This document shows positions 54,012-64,000 of a stretch of 64,000 nt of DNA, piece after piece. Origin of the DNA: Octopus sinensis. Lineage: Eukaryota. How positions within the stretch are numbered: the first letter of the stretch is position 1; each line of letters begins with the position of its first letter. Location: positions 93,434,001 through 93,498,000 of the forward strand of contig NC_043006.1 in the NCBI RefSeq assembly GCF_006345805.1, written 5' to 3'. The notes under the pieces were generated by a model that saw only the letters and a program-made list of their open reading frames with translations, searched no databases and was not told the DNA's origin. The translations under genes and the position numbers were made by a program.

Positions 54012-55189
54012 TTACCCAAAGTGCATTTTCTTCTCTCTAAAACAAGAAGATCACATAGCAGCTATTGATTTCTTGTTTATGCACAGGGGATTAGAGTGTT
54101 ATACGTATTAGTATAATACATATTGTCTCAAACCGAAAGGGAATATATACCAAGCCAAACTTATTTTATTTTCAGGTCTCTGCGCACAAGGATGAAGTAA
54201 ATATTGTCAAACATTTAGCGATATGCTGTAACAATTTATGCTTATTCAGTGTCCTTCACTCTTAAACTATTGATTTTATGTCGGTAAAAAGTCAGGGATT
54301 CTATTCTAACGAACCGACTACTATTCATCATTAAGATTTATTCGCTTTGCCTCATTTCACCTGAAAGCCAGAGTCGTCCCTTGTGAAATTTGAACTCACA
54401 AATGCACGGATGAAATGCAAATGTTTTAGTTAAATAGTATTTCTAGAGCAGGTTTAGCGTTGAAAATATTTATTGTATTATTTTCCCATATATTATAAAC
54501 ATTTTTTTTCCTTTATGCCATGGCAACAGATAAGAATCTATTCTATATGGCTTCCTGTTTTATGACAAAAGAAATTTGCAATAAAATATCTACAAGTGTT
54601 TATAATATTTCCTTCTTAACACTTCGTTATGAGAATGTTTCAATATGGTTTGGGGAAGGATTAAACCATATTATTTTGCCAAATAATTAATAAATTGTAA
54701 TGCATATTAAAGAAATACCAAACCGATTTACACGTGTTGTTGACAGAAAACAACAGTATTTTCCTTTTACGTTCCACACACGACTGATGCTCATTCAAGA
54801 ACGAGTTCACGGGTAACTAAAACTTTTTGAAAAGAAAATAACATAAGATTGGCTTTCGCATGCTGTATAAAGACAAATATGACTGGAACGAAGAAATCAA
54901 AATACATCTTTGTTCACGACGAAGCCAGTAAGCTACCTTATCTGTCAAACTGCGCTTTGGTATGATGAGGAGGAAAATATGACTATTTCTAACTGGTAGT
55001 ACTACCAGTTTTTGTAGAGGTACATATGCTGTGTAATAATTCCGATAGCTTGCAGAAACGCGCAGTTAAAAGCCTCAGAGTTGCTACGAATCCTAACGAC
55101 CTCGTTTACTTTTCACACGTGACAGAAATCGGATCCAGAAGCGTCGCCTTGCTCTCCAAAACCTGCTCTTACTTCAGTCCCAAACTCTC

Positions 55190-55595
55190 TCTTTTACTCT
55201 TTTACTTGTTTCAGTCATTTTACTGCGGCCATGCTGGAGCACCGCCTTTAGTCGACCAAATCGACCCCGGGACTTATTCTTTGTAAGCCCAGTATTTATT
55301 CTATCGGTCTCTTTTGCCGAACCGCTAAGTGACGGGGACGTAAACACACCAGCATCGGTTGTCAAGCAATGCTAGGGGGACAAACACAGACACACAAACA
55401 CACACACGAATATATATATGTATACATATATACGACAGGCTTCTTTCAGTTTCCGTCTACCAAATCCACTCACAAGGCATTGGTCGGCCCGAGGCTATAG
55501 CAGAAGACACTTGCCCAAGATGTCACGCAGTGGGACTGAACCTGGAACCATGTGGTTGGTTAGCAAGCTACTTACCACACAGCCACTCCTGCGCC
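55190..55595 (-). mobile_element. Family B SINE, near full length and well preserved
   Basis: Reverse complement begins GGCGCAGGAGTGGCTGTGTGGTAAGTAGC. Confidence 0.93.
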
Positions 55596-55900
55596 TAACA
55601 ACTGTTATTTTTACAAAATTCATATGAGATACACAATGGTATGCCACACCTACGTTTTCAGCGGTGCTTCGACCACAAAACACATCCTTGACAGCATCCT
55701 AATGAAATCCAGCCGCTTCACTGAAATCTCTCAATTACTAACGCATTTCTAGCCGAATATTCTCTTTCTTTGTACCACTGCAACAGTGATTACTGCTTAT
55801 CACTCCTTGTTTATTCCGTACAACTTTTAGCCGAATCCATTTAACAAACCTGTCTCTCCTCATATCGCTCGAGTCATAGGCATAGATTAAAAAACCATAA

Positions 55901-56201
55901 ACGTCGCCCTTTTCAAGCCTAGCCAGGCTCATGGGCCCGGTTTCCCGGTTTCTGTGGCGTATGTGTTTCCCCCCAGCTAGAAGGGACGCCAGTCCATCGC
56001 AGCGTTACTCAAAAAACAGGAAGAGAGAGTGATAGAAAGTTGTGGCAAAAGAGTACAACAGGGGTCACCACCACCCCCTGTCGGAGCCTCATGGAGCTTT
56101 TATGTGTTTTCGCTCAATAAACACACACAACGCCCGGTCTGGGAAACCGCAATCCTCCGACCGCGAGTCCGCTACCCTAACCATTGGGCCATTGCGCCTC
56201 C
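55901..56201 (-). mobile_element. tRNA-SINE, family D, near full length
   Basis: Reverse complement GGAGGCGCAATGGCCCAATGGTTAGGG.. through CTGCGATGGACTGGCGTCCC..GAAACCGGGCCCATGAGCC. Confidence 0.9.
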
Positions 56202-57499
56202 ACAGGCATAGATTAACAACTAAACCTAATTCTTTCACCTCATCATGTCATCACTTATCTATTCCCCGACGTTTGATGTTGTTATTAGTGCTTTCTGATT
56301 CAGCAAATTTACTGTTTTTGATATTCCAGCCATGACCGTTCCATCTGTTTAGGTATAAGACTATATTACCCGATGTACCTTTCTTATTTATAGCAGTAAT
56401 TTTAGATTTTAGGGAGATTTGCTGGCTATTTCTAGAAGATCTATGACTCCGTCGAGTTTTCCTTGGCCTTTCACATTCACGTTTTTTTTTTTCTTTTTAG
56501 CAAAGTCTCTCTAATTTCAGTTAATTAAACTGAGCGTCGTGGTGTTTTGTTTAGAGCGTAAGGAGTTAGACCCCTCTCAACGTGTCAAGCGCGCATATTC
56601 AGACATGGATAAGAGCATTAGACTCCGACTGCCGCATAGCTCTCACTTATGGCTCCCAGAAGCTAGTAGTGCACACCAATAGCCACACGATGCTACCTTA
56701 CTTAGGCTTATGCATAAAACTAAGTAGAGGGTGTCAGAAATCTCGGAAGAATTGCTGCAGGAAGGGCGTCACCCACTAAGACTGAAATGGCAGAAAAAGC
56801 AAAAGAGTCCAGTACGGTCAATGGACGAGAAGGTGATGACAGCAAAATGTGTGATGCATCTAGGATACTTTGTTGACGGAAAGCAAACTTGTGGTTAGCC
56901 TTTTTGGAATGGTTCGGGAGCCCACCAAGTAACTGCACCAAATTCATCAATCACATCGATCTGTTCAACCTCAGAGCCTGAGGGTTAAGAGTACAGGTAC
57001 ATCTTCATTGACAAAAACCATAAAATATAGATTAACAGACAAGTTATAATTGAAGAGTTAAAGGAGGTTGGGAATCACCCACAATGCTTCTGTTATATTT
57101 TATTTTCAGTGTTTCCAAAACTGGTAATCAGAAGGAAGTCCGAATTCTTCCGATAAAGTATTTTCCCCCTTCCCTATTCCATACAGTTACAGCACTGTGT
57201 TTCATCTCTGTTTAATAATTTGTCTGGTTTGTTTGGACCTCTATGCTTTCTCTGTTTCGGAAGGAGGGCTGAGTCATTTTATTTCCATTATCCACCACAT
57301 AGCCATTCGATGTTACAAAAAACTTTACTGTATTTTTATGATTAGATAAATTTTAGGAATTGCATGAAACAAAATATTTGGTGCATTGTAGAAATATAAC
57401 CAATTTATTACAGATAAAGTTTAGTAACAAAATCCAAATCCTATGTTGACTTCCAGGGGTTATGTGGGCATTAGTTGAAAACCACTGCTCTTGGACCTC

Positions 57500-57630
57500 T
57501 TCTATGAATATTCTTTTCTACTCTAGGCCAAGGCCCGAAATTTTTGGGGAGGTGGTTAGATCGACCCCAGTACGCAACTGGTACTTAATTTATCGACCCC
57601 GAAAGGATGAAAGGCAAAGTCGACCTCGGC
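57500..57630 (-). mobile_element. Family A SINE fragment
   Basis: GATCGACCCCAGTACGCAACTGGTACTTAATTTATCGACCCCGAAAGGATGAAAGGCAAAGTCGACCTCGGC. Confidence 0.85.
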
Positions 57631-58686
57631 AGAATAGACCTCTTCTATGAATATGTTGACGCTTCAGACTGTCGAGATAGCAGAATACCAGAGCTCATGC
57701 TGTACAACTTTGAGGCCTCTTATTTTATTTTCAAGATCCATTTTCCACTACGATTCTGTGGTTGGTAAGCTAAGTTAAGAAGCATGCAAAAGATTTCATT
57801 GAATCTGTTAAATATTCTATAAAAATTCAATCTGATGCCTCTCAAATGTATCGCTAGCTACCAATTCCAAGACCATAACTTTAAGATGATTTCTTTTCGT
57901 GAAACTCTCCCTCTCTTTCCTTCTCTCCTTCTCTCTTTCACTCCTTCTCTCTCTCTCTCTTTACCTCACTTTGTTTCTTTCCCTCCCACACCCTCTCATT
58001 TCTCCTTTTTGTGGCTCCTGTTCCGGATTATCTTCACTCCTTCACTTTCCATTTAACACATACTTATACTTCTGCATGTATTTAAAACACATACTTGTCC
58101 ACACTTAAATGTATGTGAATTAATGCATCTCACAATCAATTCTTAATCGCGCTCAAGCTTAAGCAAAAGCTCACAACACACTTCTAGAGAAATCCATCAC
58201 TGATTCGCGTACACCCATACAAATACACATACACATGCACACACTAAGTGAAAGACATAAGCGCATACACAAATGAAAAACTAAAAGTGAAAACCCTGAA
58301 GAAGCTGCAGAGGAATAAACGCATTATATATTTAGAAAGAAACAAAATCTATCGGAAAATAACAGAAGCCATCCTACTTCATATAGAATTCTCGAATTTA
58401 CACCAGCAGCAAAGCGGAAGCAACCAAAGGCTACGCTTTTTGTGTCTTTTATATTTGATATCTTTATGTGGTTTTCTCTTCGACAGAAAGACATACATTC
58501 ACAAAAATTGTCATTCACAAGAAATATTACCCAATGTTCTTCATTAAAAAAATACAGGGAGAGAGATAACAGAAGATGTTAAATGACAGCGAACATTGAA
58601 TAAACACGATGATAAAGCAACTGACAGCGAATAGTTCCAGTACATATTTACAAATAGAAATATATGTTTAAAAACGAATCATCTTT

Positions 58687-58698
58687 CAAGATGGCGGC
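58687..58698 (+). promoter_or_regulatory. Isolated YY1-type motif CAAGATGGCGGC
   Basis: Exact consensus match, but no supporting CpG island or exon nearby. Confidence 0.2.
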
Positions 58699-58823
58699 GA
58701 ATAAATAACATTGGTTGTTTGTTTATCAGAGACCAGCAAAAATACGAATACAAATATTTTCACTGTATGTACATACGATTGTGAGTGTACATATATACAT
58801 ACATACATGCACAATATACATAC

Positions 58824-58937
<114 letters not shown>

Positions 58938-59043
58938 ATAGAAATATTAAAATTAATAAGTCTCTCTAAAAGAGATTACGACAGCGTTACTGGAAATTAA
59001 TTGTTATCGCCATATTAATATGGCAATCTTATAGATATAAGAA

Positions 59044-59279
59044 TAAAAGCTGTCGCTGATTAGCTCCATGAGGCCATCGCCTTAAGATAGCTATATGACA
59101 CACAAACTGTGTCCATTAGAACCTTCGAACAAGGGAGGTCAGCCGCTTCACACTGCTAGTCAGACAGCTACAGACGGCGGCTGACCTCCCTTGTTCGAAG
59201 GTTCTAATGGACACAGTTTGTGTGTCATATAGTTATCTTAAGGCGATGGCCTCATGGAGCTAATCAGCGACAGCTTTTA
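59044..59279. repeat. Near-perfect inverted repeat: 103-bp arms, 30-nt loop
   Basis: 59044-59146 versus 59177-59279, one mismatch. Confidence 0.95.
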
Positions 59280-60115
59280 GTCTTATATCTTCATTTTCGC
59301 AGTGTGGCATGGAGCCCCATCTTCCATGAATAAAAACTCATTTTTCGTTATGTAATCGTATGAATACATCGGAACACATTCGATCAGCTCGGAACGACCA
59401 TTGCTGGTGACAGCTCCCCATACCATTACTGAGATACTGCCATGTTTCATTGTTGGTTGGAGACGTTTCAAATCAAATTATTGACTGGGAAGCCTCCAGA
59501 CCCAAACACATCCACTGTCTGAAAATAATGCAAATCTGGATTCATCTGAGAAAATCACTCTATCCCAAAATGAACTGCATTTTACTGACATCTCCTTTGC
59601 CCATTTCTTTCTTTTCTTGATATTAATTGGTTGAAGGAGAGGTTTTCCTCTAGCTGCTCGTCCATAGTACCCAAGCTTATGCAGATATGTAACACACGTT
59701 CTTGGACTAACTTCTAGCCGTTTCGCAATGTCAGAAACCTTCGAACGGGGTTCGTTTTCCACAATTCTCTTCAAACAGCGAAGCTTCCTTTCCGAGGGCC
59801 CAGGTCGGCTGGGACGAGAATCTGTTGATTCTTTTCCTTGGCTTTTGAATTGCACTATAATTCTATTAACAGTAGCAAGAGGAATTTGAAGATTTTTGGC
59901 AATTTTTCGCTGGCTTGGACCAGCTTCAGATTGCCCAACAATACGACCTTTTTGAAAACCATGCGTCACATGGTTACTCTTTGCAAATGTTTAATATAAT
60001 GGCACCTGGAATGAAAAAGAATAATTACATTGTAAATTCTACTCCGCTGAAAACATATTAAGACACTTTGATCAGAAATTTTCAAAATTAAAGGTGTCTA
60101 TTTATTGCCTGCATG

Positions 60116-60121
<6 letters not shown>
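59280..60121 (-). mobile_element. 3'-truncated Tc1-like transposon
   Basis: HTH region, [30 protein letters not shown] and FMEDGAPCHTAK motifs. Nonsense codon at 59478 and an internal deletion. 5' end TA-CAGACATGCAGGCAATAAATAGACACC at 60093-60121. Confidence 0.93.
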
Positions 60122-60205
<84 letters not shown>

Positions 60206-61289
60206 GCGAGATATTAACTTGAAATGCAACTGGGAAAGTTTTCTACAAGGCATTTCGTGTGATACTCTAACCTTTCAGCCTAACGTGATATCGACCCTAG
60301 ACACGTTTGAAAGGTAAAGTTTACCTTGCCGGGATTTGAACTCAAGTCGAAGAATTAGGATGACTATTGCAAATAATTTTTCGTAGGATTTTAGAGATTC
60401 TGCCACTTTACTACACAGCATCAGCTACTGATGCACAAGGTTTTAAACAATTGACACTAATCCACAAATTGCAAAGGAGCCGTATAGTTGATAGAATTGA
60501 CTGATATTATTTTATATTCAGAGATGTGACCTCAGCGGGATTTGAACTCATAACATAAAGGAACATAATTATTCACTACAAGATACTTAAAAATAAAATA
60601 ATAAATATTCCCTTCCCGAGCAATGGTAGGCCGGTTTCCATGGCATAATTATCCACCTGGATAGGACGCCAATCCGTCGCAAGATTGCTCATTTGTGCCA
60701 GCAGAGTGGATTGTAACAACGGAAATGAAGTGTTTTTAGACCCACCCATTCCCTGCAGTCACCAAGCTTACCCATTCCCATCCGGCACAGAAACAAAAAA
60801 CAAACACGCACAAAGAAGCGCTAAACCCCTCTCCCACGGCAAAAAAGACGGAAAAAATGGAAACTGTACATGTTGTTTAGTGATGAACTGTCAAATGAAA
60901 TGGTGACACGGGATATAAAATGTGTTGAAACTACTGGGTTTGATACCATTGAGGGATATCACAAGTGTATGGTACCTGATAAGAAGTAGGAGGACAAAAT
61001 ACTTGCATTTGATGTCGGATTTAGTTTTGGGGAGGTGGACTGCAGCTGGAACTCACTCCCAGGTGTTACAACATACGATAGGTGGTTAGAGGAGACAGGA
61101 ATTGATCTTTTGCAAAGATCAGGGTTCAAAAGGTAGAAAATGAGGCCACCCGTGAGTGGGGCGAGTGGTTCCATTTACATTTTTCTTATTCGTGTTCTCT
61201 TGTTTTATAACCTACAATTTTGTTTTATTTTATTTGCTTTATGTCTCACATCTTTTACTGTAGTGTTCCCTCTGTGTGTCCCGGTATGG

Positions 61290-61426
61290 GACATAAAAAA
61301 AGCCAACGTGAAATGAAGTGTTTTGCTCAAGAATACAACGCATCGCCCAATCCAGGAATCGAAACCACAATTTTAGATGATGGGTGCAATTTTTTAACCA
61401 CTAGGCCACACTCCCCCTGTGTGTGT

Positions 61427-61473
<47 letters not shown>

Positions 61474-62060
61474 TGTGTCTGTGTCTGTGTGTGTGTGTGT
61501 GTGTGTGTTGTGTGTGTGTGTGTGTGTGTAACAGAGACGGCGAGCTGGCAAAATCGTTTGCACGCCAGGCAAAATTCTTAGCGGCATTTCGTCTGTATTT
61601 ATGTTCTGAGTTCAAATTCCGCTGAGATCAACTTTGCCTTTCATCCCTTCGGGGGCGATAAATTAAGTACCACCTGACCACTGGGGTCGATATAATCACT
61701 CTCAACATCGTTTCAAAAAGCCTGATGATGCTCCATGTTGTGGATTTAGGTATCTTCAATGCAAAAGTGGATATTCTCCAGTCAAGGATTCCGGCAGGAA
61801 AAGCAGATATAAAGTTCCTTCCCGAGGCATATAGACTCGTAGCAATGATTTCCGGGTTTCCATGGCTTATACATTCACCACCGAGACGAGACACCAGTGC
61901 GTCGCAAAATTAGTCCTTTTTGGCGTCTGGCTAGACTAAAGCCATGTGAAATGATGTATTTTGCTCAAGAATACAACGCGTCACTCGGTCCTGGAAACGA
62001 AACCACAATCTTACGATCATGAATCCAGCACCCTAACCAGTAAGCCACGCGCCTCCACAA
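61290..62060. mobile_element. SINE cluster: family C heads (minus, 61290-61412 and 61930-62060) and family A (plus, 61536-61700)
   Basis: GTGAAATGA.GT.TTTTGCTCAAGAATACAACGC occurs twice; GACGGCGAGCTGGCAAAATCG head. Confidence 0.8.
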
Positions 62061-62806
62061 GAAACTTTAATCACACTTTATTCGCCCAGTTGTCGTCGCT
62101 AATTCTTAATCTAATTCTTAATCTAAGACAGTATTTAAAAGTTAACGAAACAATGCTGCCAACCGCTTAAATAATGACACAGAGTATCAAATGCATTCGG
62201 TATTTCTTTTGAATATATTTGCGTTTTAGAAATAAGAATACGGCCACGGAATTCCGGTGAGCTGTTTCCAGTTAATATCATTAACAACACCAATGCATTG
62301 TGACTTCAACTACAAATTAAATATAACAGAAGAAACTTAACTACGTGTGAAATTGATATTACCAGTCTTTGGTGTTAATGAAACAAAAGGAAATTGTTAG
62401 AAAACCAAAGCTATAAAGATTTGAAACAAATTCTGACTGTATCATAATTATGTCCTATCTACACGACATTCGAAACTCCAGTGGTGTTGTCTCCTTCAAT
62501 AAAGCTCACTCTGGATAGATTCTTTTCCAGATTCACCCACCTCCTCTTCTCTCTCTCATTTTCTCACGTCTTCTTTATTTCTAGTTCGATTTCTCTCCCG
62601 CCTATGGCGCTATTCTTTGTATTCTGGTCTTCTTTGTTTAAACTATCGATTGATCTACGCATATAACCTTGTCACAATACATATATCTTGCTCTACTGCT
62701 GTGTGTCTGCATCTTAGTCTAGAGTGTATGTATGTATTTATCTAAATACACACACACATATATAAGCATATATTTGTTAACTAATGTGCGAGTGTGTTTA
62801 AAAATG

Positions 62807-62837
<31 letters not shown>

Positions 62838-62945
62838 TTATATATTGAAAAGTCGATTCCAATTATGTCTGTTATGGTCTATTTTTATTTACATATTATC
62901 AATCCATTTATCTATTCGTTATCTTTAGATGCACACACACATACA

Positions 62946-62984
<39 letters not shown>

Positions 62985-63004
62985 AAACGCACACACACAC
63001 ACAT

Positions 63005-63035
<31 letters not shown>

Positions 63036-64000
63036 GCAATGCATATATATATATATCAATGCATGTATGTATATAAATATGTATATATGCATACACACAT
63101 ATATACATATATATATATTTATATGTATGTATACATATATAGAAAGAGAGGAGAAAAGAGGCAGAGAGGGGGAAGGAGGAAGAGAAACTGATACTGAGAA
63201 CGACATCTACATACATAAATACTAAATAGCTAACAGCGTGTATAGAGATAGATTTTAGATTACTCAAATAAAAAAAAAACATGTCTGCGTTTTAAACATT
63301 GATGTAATTTTCAGCTCATTTATGTTTTAGTTTTTCGAACGATTTTATTGATGTTATCGAACCGACTGATAAGACCTGCTACTAATATATCAATTGATTG
63401 GGTTTAATTTGTGTAATAACTCATTTTACTGTCCGTATTAATACGTAAATTCGTTCTTTTAGTCAGTCGGGATTTTAAAAAATAGAACCATTATTTTTTA
63501 CAAGATAAAGGAAATGTGATCAATTTATTCTGCGTTAATTGACCCCATAAACCACGTAAGAGTCAAGGGATCGAGTGGTGATGTTTATTTTCAGCTTGAA
63601 AATGACAGTCAATTTTACCAGGTGTTAATTTGTCGTCCTTCGTGTAACAAAATCAGGTAACGATATCATGTTTCCAATTAATGCTAACCAACTTTCGCTC
63701 CTGCCTTTCATAGAGTTGAAATTCCAGGATGTTCACTTCCACAATACACCGAGGAAATGTCATTGTACTTCAATGCCATTTTGCATGGAAACCACAGGAA
63801 CAAACATATTGATGTCGCTTCAAATGATTACGGCTGCAGTCCCTCATGGCCTCTCATAACAAACTGACACATAGGACGTTGCCAAAAACTCAAACCTAGA
63901 AGATTAGATATTCTCTTCAAAACTCGAAACTACATCAGTTCTCATCAATTTCATGATGCCCTACACTGATTCTGTGGGCTGTTGCTTACGTATTCTAAAC

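Noticed and set aside
54176-54196. Candidate 21-nt microexon (TTTTCAG|GTCTCT..GATGAA|GTAAAT)
   Set aside because: Splice-like motifs are frequent by chance in AT-rich DNA, and no neighbouring exon or homology supports it.
60960-61140. WNSLP motif suggesting a CR1/L2 3' end (and FNAKVDIL at ~61755)
   Set aside because: Single short motifs without flanking conserved residues; too weak to call.

Overview
AT-rich, microsatellite-dense animal DNA. The SINE families look like those of octopods, so the source is probably Octopus (inference). I found no supportable host protein-coding exon; most ORF-track entries are translated microsatellites. The window is a graveyard of decayed transposable elements. 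Non-LTR retrotransposons: two Tx1-like L1 fragments, an R4/Dong-like REL fragment and an RTE 3' end. Penelope-like element (PLE) relics: at least two retain endonuclease-region protein motifs. DNA transposons: Tc1, mariner and hAT-Charlie relics, MITEs and two non-autonomous Helitrons. About 30 tRNA-derived SINE copies or fragments are also present. A ~1 kb false duplication flanks a 100-N gap. Four patterns deserve follow-up: (i) short elements joining a tRNA/Pol III head to PLE-type inverted ends and, in one clear case, a hammerhead-ribozyme tail; (ii) a series of hammerhead relics, each with a different palindromic helix III; (iii) Tx1-like L1 copies inserted in (GATA)n, with other retroposons in (TAA)n and (CATA)n; (iv) several long fold-back hairpins. 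No fully intact hammerhead core was found. All alignments were done by eye, and most element boundaries are approximate (about +/-10-20 bp).
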